Source: a virus. Taken from it: a DNA stretch of 64,000 nucleotides. A program made the position numbers and the translations under genes. The notes below the pieces were generated by a model that saw only the letters and a program-made list of their open reading frames with translations, was not told the origin of the DNA and did not search any database. Below, piece by piece: positions 57,256 to 64,000 of the stretch; the first letter of the stretch is position 1, and each line of letters starts with the position of its first letter. The stretch spans positions 1 to 64,000 of the IMG/VR virus record IMGVR_UViG_3300046557_000512; one strand, given 5' to 3'.

Positions 57256-58181
57256 GGCAGCACCAGGGGCTTGGTCGGATCCTGCGCGTCGAAGGCGCGA
57301 AGCGGCAGCACCGCCGGCAGCGACCGGCCGGTCTCAGGGTTCTGCCAGACGCCGTAGAGCGGGCTCGCAAGCGTCATTTGCTGCAGCTGCCCCAGGCAGT
57401 CGCGCATCGACATGTTCGCGACGCGCCGCTCCCCTACTCCGCCCAGTGATTTGCCGGTCTTTTCGAGGCTCGAGTTCTTGTAATAGAAATCCTTGGTCAG
57501 GCGCTCGATCACCGCGCGCTCGCCCTCGGGCAGCTCCATCCATTCAGCCAGGATCGCTTCAAGATCGGCGGGATCGGCCTTGAACGTCGATCGGAAGAAG
57601 CGGATGCCGACGTCGTACTTGTTCGAGCGCATCGGCTTGACGAACTGGAAGCCTGCGCGGTGCGCGAACTGGTTGTATTTCGACATCGAGGATTGGATCT
57701 CGATGTAGCGTTTGCCCTCCATCCGTGCGGCCAGATTGGTGAAGCGGTATGCGAGACCAGCGCCGCGATACATCGTGTCGACCACGACGCGCGCGACCAC
57801 CGACATGTTCGCGTTGATCCACTTCATCCGATATTGATTGGTGATCTTATTGTCCTGGCCGGTGGGCTTCAGCTTCGGAAACAGGACATGGCGTTCCTTC
57901 AGAAGAAGCTTGGGGCTCGCCATCACCAACACGCCGACGAGCTCGTCGCCGAGCTTCAACGTGAAGTGGTGGCTTCCCGCCGGCAGCGTGCCGTGCTGCT
58001 TGTAGTGGAGGCCCTCGAGCACGCGCCAATCCTCGATCGTGCCGCGCTGGACGGTCATGTCGTCGAGCAACGAGAGCTTGGGGCGCGCGATGCCGCGCTC
58101 GAACACCCAAGGTGCTTCGAGCCTTGCAGATTCGGGGTTGTCAGCGATCTGCTTGATCGCTAGATGTGTGTCATTGACCAT
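57252..58181 (-). CDS. GNAT-fold acyltransferase
   Basis: LHY, VARVVVDTMYRGAGLA acetyl-CoA motif, MSKYNQFAHRAGF. Confidence 0.85.
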   Translation of the reverse strand: MVNDTHLAIKQIADNPESARLEAPWVFERGIARPKLSLLDDMTVQRGTIEDWRVLEGLHYKQHGTLPAGSHHFTLKLGDELVGVLVMASPKLLLKERHVLFPKLKPTGQDNKITNQYRMKWINANMSVVARVVVDTMYRGAGLAYRFTNLAARMEGKRYIEIQSSMSKYNQFAHRAGFQFVKPMRSNKYDVGIRFFRSTFKADPADLEAILAEWMELPEGERAVIERLTKDFYYKNSSLEKTGKSLGGVGERRVANMSMRDCLGQLQQMTLASPLYGVWQNPETGRSLPAVLPLRAFDAQDPTKPLVLP

Positions 58182-58818
58182 GCACACGCTCGATAACAAT
58201 CCGCTCGTGAAAGCGCTTCGTGATTTTGAGGCTCGGTGCGAGCTCATCGACGAGGTCACTGTGCGTGGTCGCGACGATGAGGGTCTTTCCATTTGCACGC
58301 GCCGCCTTGGCGAGGTTCCAGGCGACAATCTTCGCCGTCGTGCGATCCAGGACCGCACCAAACTCGTCAGCGACCCAGACATCAGCGCCGCATTCGATCA
58401 GCTTGGCGAGGCGGTATCGATATTTCTGCCCGTCGCTGAGCTCTTGGGGCTTGCGAATATAGAGATACGCGTCGGAGAGCCCGGCGATCGAGAGCAGCCG
58501 GATCGCTTCAGCCATGTTATCGGGACACAGCTGGTCTATGATCGCAACGTCGTTGCACAGCTCGACTTCGTCTATGTTCGCAACCTTCTGGCCAGCAGCC
58601 TCGAGGGCTGCGCTCGTCTCGCGAAGGAGCACAGATTTGCCGGCGCCCGACTGTCCGTTGATGTAGACGACCTCACCAGGCTCAACATCAAACTCCACAC
58701 CATCGAGCACGACAAACTCGCGGTCCTCGAGGCCGAGTCCAAACGCTTCCGCTACCTTGATGACCCGGTCGCTGCGCGTCACGCGGGTCTGGAATGACTT
58801 GTTCAAAGTGATCTTCAT
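58171..58818 (-). CDS. Stand-alone ABC ATPase
   Basis: GQSGAGKS, LSDGQ, VADE, ATTH; no permease nearby. Confidence 0.88.
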   Translation of the reverse strand: MKITLNKSFQTRVTRSDRVIKVAEAFGLGLEDREFVVLDGVEFDVEPGEVVYINGQSGAGKSVLLRETSAALEAAGQKVANIDEVELCNDVAIIDQLCPDNMAEAIRLLSIAGLSDAYLYIRKPQELSDGQKYRYRLAKLIECGADVWVADEFGAVLDRTTAKIVAWNLAKAARANGKTLIVATTHSDLVDELAPSLKITKRFHERIVIERVHGQ

Positions 58819-59252
58819 TCGGCGCCCTCATCGATGAGGCTGTCGTAGCCCATCGCCTTGTCCTGGATGTGGGTTTTGAGCAGGTCACAGCCGCCGAGGA
58901 ACATCGCCAAGTGCTCCTCCAGGCCCGGCGAGAAGATCGTCTCGACATACCCCATGAAGCGCTCGTTGCTTTCGGCGCCCGCGACGATCGCGACGTGCCG
59001 TATCTCGCCCGATCGCGCGCGGTCGGCGAGCGTCTCGAGCACTTGCGCAGTCATCTCGCGTGCTTCGCGGCGCTCCTCCTCGCCGGTCATGACCGGGCCG
59101 CCGTAGATCGGCAGCACGTTGCTCTCGAGCGGCTCCTCATCGGGTTCAGCGTCGACCAACATGATGACGACCTTTTGCCCAGGGGCAGGCTGAAGAATAT
59201 CCGCGGCGAGCTCGCGCAGCGCCTCGAGATCGTGCAGTTCAGGCATGCGCAT
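58815..59252 (-). CDS. Hypothetical acidic protein
   Basis: Overlaps both neighbouring genes. Confidence 0.65.
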   Translation of the reverse strand: MRMPELHDLEALRELAADILQPAPGQKVVIMLVDAEPDEEPLESNVLPIYGGPVMTGEEERREAREMTAQVLETLADRARSGEIRHVAIVAGAESNERFMGYVETIFSPGLEEHLAMFLGGCDLLKTHIQDKAMGYDSLIDEGAE

Positions 59253-59922
59253 TGAGCCATCCTTCGAATGCGTCGAGGCCAGTCTTGCCCGTCTGATCCT
59301 CGATCTTGGCGATGAAGCGCTTGAACAACGGCTCCATCCTGACCGGCACCGCCTTGAAGCCGAATACCTTGGAGATCGGCGTCATCGCGTCATCGACCGC
59401 GGCGACCTTGCCGGCAGTCTCGGCATCTTGCGCATCGATCTCGGCATCGAGATCGCCGGCGAGTCCGCCCATGTTCATTGCCCCCAGGTCCTCGGTCAGG
59501 AATCCAAGTTCATGATCATCGAGGCCCAGGGACGCGAGATCGACGTCGTCGGCGTTCGCCAGGCGCTCAAGTTCCTCGGCGAGAAAGCCGCTGTCGTATT
59601 CGGTGCCTTGGGTCTTGTTGTCGGCGATACGCGCGGCGTCAGCCTGGTTCTTGCTGAGGTGCTTCGCCCATTTCACCGGGAACTCGACGTGACCCATCTT
59701 CAGCAGGCACTGGAAGCGCTTGTGCCCGGCGATGATGATCCCGTCGATGTCTACGATGATCGGGTTGAACAGACCATATTCGCGGATCGACTTGATCGTC
59801 GCCTCGACGTCTGCACTGGAGTGGATCTTGTTGTTCTTGGCGTAGGGGTGAATGCGGTCGGCCGTCCACATCTCGGTGGGCAGCAACTGCAGGCCGTAGG
59901 GGTCATGTGTGGCGATCACCAT
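59239..59922 (-). CDS. ParB/Srx N-terminal domain protein
   Basis: IHPYAKNNKIH...SIREYG..NPIIVD..IIAGHKR. Confidence 0.85.
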   Translation of the reverse strand: MVIATHDPYGLQLLPTEMWTADRIHPYAKNNKIHSSADVEATIKSIREYGLFNPIIVDIDGIIIAGHKRFQCLLKMGHVEFPVKWAKHLSKNQADAARIADNKTQGTEYDSGFLAEELERLANADDVDLASLGLDDHELGFLTEDLGAMNMGGLAGDLDAEIDAQDAETAGKVAAVDDAMTPISKVFGFKAVPVRMEPLFKRFIAKIEDQTGKTGLDAFEGWLNAHA

Positions 59923-59926
59923 GCAC

Positions 59927-60070
59927 TCAATACCTCATCAGGTCGTCAACGCCGGCTGGCTCGACCTCTTCGAAAAACTCGCCTGCATCGCAGCCGTTAC
60001 AGGGACGAACCTTGCCGGCGAACACGCAGTCCGAGCACTCATCGAACTTCAGTTCGATATCCTCATCCAT
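59927..60070 (-). CDS. Small Cys4 protein (47 aa)
   Basis: Manual translation MDEDIELKFDECSDCVFAGKVRPCNGCDAGEFFEEVEPAGVDDLMRY; GGAGG RBS. Confidence 0.65.
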   Translation of the reverse strand: MDEDIELKFDECSDCVFAGKVRPCNGCDAGEFFEEVEPAGVDDLMRY

Positions 60071-60722
60071 CGTCCACCTCCTTACTCAGAATGTGCATGA
60101 GCGCGTCGCCGGCGTTGGTGAGCTCGTCGGCTTGGGTGAACCCCTGGGCCTTCATGACACCGCCGATCAGCGCGCGGGCGCGAGCAGCATCAGCCAGCGT
60201 CAGCTTGAAGCGGAGAATCTCGTGCGTCTTGGGGTCCTTGGTCGGCGCGTCCGTCACCGTGTCCATGTCGCCCGCCTCCATTGGGGCGTCGTCCAGGTCC
60301 AAGCCAGAGATGTCGACGCTCAGCGAAGCGGTGAAGGCCGCGACATCGTGGTCGCTCCAGGGCATCACCGCGGTGATGTCGATATCGTCGAGGTCCTCGA
60401 GCAACGAGGCCATCTTGAGCGCATCGTCGTGACCGTAGCGCGCGTTATCGAGCAGGCCGATCTCCATCGCACGGGCGTCGTCGATCTTGCCGAGGTTCCA
60501 GATCGGCACCTCGCTGAAATCGAGATGAACCGCCTGCTCGACACGGTGCCAGCCACCGATCGACTGCACCGATCCGTCATCGAGTTCGCGCACCAGGACG
60601 GGTCGAAAGAACCCGTGGCGCCGAAGCGATTCACGGATCTTCAGCTCCGCCTCATGGCTGACCACGTTGGTGTTCCAGGGATTGGGGCGAATTTCCCTGG
60701 GGTCTATTGTGTCATTACGCAT
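60063..60722 (-). CDS. Second ParB/Srx-like (IbrB-like) protein
   Basis: IRPNPWNTN...SLRRHGFFRPVLVR...IGGWHR. Confidence 0.85.
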   Translation of the reverse strand: MRNDTIDPREIRPNPWNTNVVSHEAELKIRESLRRHGFFRPVLVRELDDGSVQSIGGWHRVEQAVHLDFSEVPIWNLGKIDDARAMEIGLLDNARYGHDDALKMASLLEDLDDIDITAVMPWSDHDVAAFTASLSVDISGLDLDDAPMEAGDMDTVTDAPTKDPKTHEILRFKLTLADAARARALIGGVMKAQGFTQADELTNAGDALMHILSKEVDDG

Positions 60723-60874
60723 GCACTAGCGCCGGTGAGGTTTTCATGCCCGCCAGTATAGGCGATCTGCCTACGGAAATCCAGCGTTCTTTACCGAAAT
60801 CATCTACACAAAACGCAGGGTAGATGACACACGCACAGTTGCAAACCTACACGCTTTTTGGTAGAGTATTACCG

Positions 60875-62440
60875 ATGAGGCCAGTCGCTCAGTTACTCGC
60901 AAACCCAGTCGTCGCCCAAGTTCGCGGCGTCGACGATGCCGTGCGTCTGCAGCTGTCCGAGGCGATGAGCTACATCATCGAGGGACACGAGCACATGGGT
61001 GCGCCCGGCTGGGATGGTCGCTCGACGCTCTACGACTGGAACACCAACAAATTCCCCGCCGGCTTCCAGGCAACGGCCGAGGCCGTGCTCAAAGCCGCTG
61101 GTTACGACGTTCAGATCCTCAAGCATCCCCTGCCCGCCCCGCTGGGGCCGATGCCCACGCAAGAGAATAGTCTCGTCGACGATTTCGGGCCGAACCCGAG
61201 CTACGACTATCAGTTCCTCGCCCCGCTGATCCTTGAGCGCCACGGCACGATGATTGCGCGCTGCGCGACCGGCGCCGGCAAGAGCCGCATTGCGAAGCTG
61301 TGCATCAAGCGCATCGGCCGCAAGACGCTGTTCATGACCACGCGCCAGGTGCTCCTCTACCAGATGGGGGAAGCGCTCGAGGCGGCCGGCTTCAAGGTCA
61401 GCTATGTCGGCGATGGCTCGTGGGACACCTCCGGCGACGTCGTGCTCGGCATGGTGCAGACGCTTGTCGATCGCCTGACCGAGCAGCCCAAAGGCATCAG
61501 CATGTCGATGTCGCCCACGCAGATCAGCCAGGCGACGGACAAGTGGCGCGCGCGGCGCGATGAGTGCGTCGATTTCCTCCAGGAGATCGAGTTTGTCATC
61601 GGCGAGGAAGCGCACGAGGCCGGCGGCAACAGCTACTTCACCGTCCTCAAGAATTGCCGCAAGGCCGCGTATCGACTGGCTTTAACCGGCACGCCGATGA
61701 TGCGCGACGGCGAAAGCAACGCGCGTTTGATCGCCATGTTCGGCCCGATCCGAATGGAAGTGACCGAGGAGATGCTGATCCAGCGCGGCATTCTCGCGCG
61801 ACCGATCTTCAAGATCCTCGATTCGGAAGCGCCACCCACCCTGCGCCGCGGCTCCGCGTGGCAGAAAGCCGAGCAGATCGGCATCGTAGACAACATGTGG
61901 CGCAACAAGCGCATTTGCGCTGAAGCGATCCGCGCAAGCCGGTTCGGTCTGTCGACGATGATCCTGGTCAAGCGCAAGGTCCACGGCGAGATCCTGAAAA
62001 ACATCCTCGCCGGCGCGGGCATGCGCGTAGAATACATCTACGGCGACAGCAACAAGACGAAGCGCGACAAGGCGCTGAAAGACATGCGCGACGGCAAGTT
62101 GGATGTGCTGATCGGCTCGACGATCCTTGACGTGGGTGTCGACGTGCCGGCGATCGGCATGTTGATCCTGGCTGGCGGCGGCAAAGCAGAGGTTGCGATC
62201 CGCCAGCGCATCGGTCGCGGGCTCCGCGCGAAGAAGCGCGGCCCCAACGTCTGCTACGTGCTCGATTTCCGCGACAAGATGAACAAGCACCTGGCGGGCC
62301 ACAGCGCCCAGCGGCTCGAGATCCTGAAGCAGACCCCAGGCTTCGCTGAGAACATCCTGCCCAAGGGCAAGGACTTCGACTTCATTGGCGACGGGTTCGT
62401 TGCCGCGAACGACAACACCAGACAGGCAGCTGCAGCGTGA
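60875..62440 (+). CDS. SF2 DEAD/H-type helicase
   Basis: ATGAGKS, EEAH, LTGTP, LDVGVDVP, QRIGRGLR; promoter TTGCAA-17-TAGAGT ends 7 nt before ATG 60875. Confidence 0.92.
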   Translation: MRPVAQLLANPVVAQVRGVDDAVRLQLSEAMSYIIEGHEHMGAPGWDGRSTLYDWNTNKFPAGFQATAEAVLKAAGYDVQILKHPLPAPLGPMPTQENSLVDDFGPNPSYDYQFLAPLILERHGTMIARCATGAGKSRIAKLCIKRIGRKTLFMTTRQVLLYQMGEALEAAGFKVSYVGDGSWDTSGDVVLGMVQTLVDRLTEQPKGISMSMSPTQISQATDKWRARRDECVDFLQEIEFVIGEEAHEAGGNSYFTVLKNCRKAAYRLALTGTPMMRDGESNARLIAMFGPIRMEVTEEMLIQRGILARPIFKILDSEAPPTLRRGSAWQKAEQIGIVDNMWRNKRICAEAIRASRFGLSTMILVKRKVHGEILKNILAGAGMRVEYIYGDSNKTKRDKALKDMRDGKLDVLIGSTILDVGVDVPAIGMLILAGGGKAEVAIRQRIGRGLRAKKRGPNVCYVLDFRDKMNKHLAGHSAQRLEILKQTPGFAENILPKGKDFDFIGDGFVAANDNTRQAAAA

Positions 62441-62715
62441 TCGCGCCGACCGATATCATCATCAAAGCCGTCAACATCAAGCTCGCGAAGGGGGCGCACA
62501 CGCGCGCCAAGGACATAGCTCGCCGCAACCGGCTCAAGCTCCAAGATGTATTCTCCGGGATGCTCTTGCGTCTTCCCGAAGAGGACATCGTTCGCGCGGC
62601 ACGCGAGCATGCGGCCGCCGAGGAGTCGATGCCCAAGGCTGTCCGTGGCGTCGTCGAAAACGCCCACCTCCTCACCGACGCTGACAAGAAGGCGATCATC
62701 GATGCTCTCTCGTAA
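62437..62715 (+). CDS. Hypothetical protein (possible ribbon-helix-helix)
   Basis: GTGA overlap with the helicase stop; KAVNIKL strand followed by helices. Confidence 0.6.
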   Translation: MIAPTDIIIKAVNIKLAKGAHTRAKDIARRNRLKLQDVFSGMLLRLPEEDIVRAAREHAAAEESMPKAVRGVVENAHLLTDADKKAIIDALS

Positions 62716-63292
62716 CCTGATCGGCTTCGTCGGTCAGCCAGGCCACGGCAAGTCTACCGCGATACGCGTGGCTCAGCGCCTGTTTGGTGCCGTCGCGTTC
62801 GACACCGGCGCCCCGCTGCGCCGCGGCTGCATGGATCGTTACGGTCTTTCATGGAACGATGTCTTTACCCAAGAGGGCAAGCTGCGCATGGTCCGTCGTC
62901 CGGAGCGTGGCGACGTCGTGACTGTTCGGCAGGCGCTGGGCGACTTCGGCAAGGAGATCGAAGCGACGAGCCCCGACAAGAACATTTGGACCACGATCGC
63001 GGTCGATGATGCGCTGCAGACCTTGTTTCCGCTCATCGTGTTCGACAGCGTTCGCATGGGTCAAGGCGAGGTCATCCAGCGCGCCGGCGGCTTCGTTATC
63101 GAGATTGTCGATCCGCGCAAGCCGAGCAGCTCACACGATTTCGATCAGTACGATCCGCGGTTCGTCAACTGCCGCGTCACGAATAATGGCTCGATCGAAA
63201 AGTTCGAGCAGGATGTCGAGATCGCTTTGCTCTGGGCGATGCTCACCGACGCGCAGCGCGCGGCGTGGGAAGCGTCAGCGAAGGCCGCTTGA
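62702..63292 (+). CDS. Deoxynucleoside monophosphate kinase
   Basis: IGFVGQPGHGKST, TVRQALGDFG, IW, VFDSVR. Confidence 0.8.
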   Translation: MLSRNLIGFVGQPGHGKSTAIRVAQRLFGAVAFDTGAPLRRGCMDRYGLSWNDVFTQEGKLRMVRRPERGDVVTVRQALGDFGKEIEATSPDKNIWTTIAVDDALQTLFPLIVFDSVRMGQGEVIQRAGGFVIEIVDPRKPSSSHDFDQYDPRFVNCRVTNNGSIEKFEQDVEIALLWAMLTDAQRAAWEASAKAA

Positions 63293-63350
63293 CCCGATAA
63301 ATCGACAAGCCTAACGATCGGTCAATCGATTCGTTGGCAGGTGGATTTGC

Positions 63351-63986
63351 ATGCTGGTCATCAGTTTCATCAGTCAGAAGGGCGGCGTGGGCAAATCGGT
63401 GCTCGCGCGATTGCTCGCCACTGAGCTCACCGGCGCAGGCTACACCACTCGCATCGCGGACCTGGATGTCCAGCAGGCGACCTCGACCCGCTGGGCCGGG
63501 CTACGGCTGGAGAATGGCCACTCGCCGGCGGTGGACGCGCGCTTCTATAAGTCGGTCGGCCAGGCAATCCGGGAAGCCGAGGGCACCGACGTTCTGATCT
63601 TCGACGGCAAGCCTATCGCGGATGCACAGGCCACCGAGGCCGCGCGCAAATCGAACCTGATCGTTCTTCCCACTGGGGCTAGTCTCGATGACCTGCAGCC
63701 CGCGGCGCAGCTGGTCCACGCTCTGCTGAAAGAGGGCGTGCCGGCGAAGCGTATCCTTATCATGCTGGTCGGCCAGATGACCGAATTGACGGAAGCGGAC
63801 GCTCGCACTGTGCTGACCAATGCCGGCATGCGCGTCGCCGTAAGCAAGCTGCGCAAGCTCCCCAGCTATGAGGCTGCATTGGGCCAGGGGCTATCACCAA
63901 CCGAGACATGGGGAAAGCCGGGGCTGCGCGCCGAAGCGGCGGCGGTGGCCGAGGAGATCGTCGACGTGTTGAAGGAGGCCAAGTGA
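63351..63986 (+). CDS. parA: ParA partition ATPase (short, type Ib-like)
   Basis: QKGGVGKS deviant Walker A, DLDVQQ, LIFDG; no N-terminal HTH; next gene starts at a TGATG overlap at the window end. Confidence 0.92.
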   Translation: MLVISFISQKGGVGKSVLARLLATELTGAGYTTRIADLDVQQATSTRWAGLRLENGHSPAVDARFYKSVGQAIREAEGTDVLIFDGKPIADAQATEAARKSNLIVLPTGASLDDLQPAAQLVHALLKEGVPAKRILIMLVGQMTELTEADARTVLTNAGMRVAVSKLRKLPSYEAALGQGLSPTETWGKPGLRAEAAAVAEEIVDVLKEAK

Positions 63987-64000
63987 TGACGAAGAAAGAT

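Larger units (their letters stand above)
483..60831. repeat. Dispersed 19-bp motif TGTGT-N8-ATGCAC (about 25 copies), putative operator
   Basis: Starts at 483, 5395, 8802, 10014, 10617, 14587, 16041, 18656, 19613, 25041, 26684, 29429, 30308, 37308, 41382, 46734, 47852, 51203, 54833, 58167, 59908 and 60708; inverted copies at 30416, 53148 and 60813. Confidence 0.88.
1..64000. mobile_element. Phage-plasmid (siphovirus morphogenesis genes + iteron plasmid replicon + ParA)
   Basis: Full virion block, own replisome, RepA with iterons, ParA and a dif-like site; no integrase in the window. Confidence 0.9.

Noticed and set aside
58171-58818. ABC transporter
   Set aside because: No membrane permease or substrate-binding protein; the ATPase is coupled to a GNAT.
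1-64000. tRNA or rRNA genes
   Set aside because: No cloverleaf or T-loop signature recognised in the intergenic regions; tRNAscan-SE would confirm.

Overview
This window is about 64 kb of a high-GC, temperate siphovirus-like phage-plasmid with SSU5/pHCM2-style gene organisation. The host is probably an alphaproteobacterium (sphingomonad-like), which is inference. Most genes are on the minus strand. Left arm: DNA metabolism (partial nrdA, RuvC-like resolvase, SbcC/SbcD-like pair, RecA, 5'-3' exonuclease, gp32-like SSB, UvsY-like protein, DnaE with a C-terminal UDG-like domain, CobS/CobT-like AAA-VWA module). Centre: a plasmid replicon (XRE regulator, RPA-family RepA with 13 iterons, a dif-like site), then primase, DnaB, PhoH, an HNH endonuclease, a metallophosphoesterase and lysis genes. 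Right arm: a complete lambda-like tail, head and terminase block, a ParB/ABC-ATPase/GNAT cluster, and a divergent SF2 helicase, dNMP kinase and ParA. Most notable observations: (1) the CobT-like gene is split, with the N-half ending in a sigma-70 region-4 domain and the C-half starting with an anti-sigma-like domain; (2) about 25 dispersed copies of a TGTGT-N8-ATGCAC motif overlap sigma70-type promoters and start codons across the window, and one such operator/promoter cassette appears to split the tail-tip gene mid-domain; (3) a GGGAAAC -1 frameshift in the tail chaperones; (4) a minimal protein-kinase-like gene. All family assignments come from motif recognition by eye; no searches were run.
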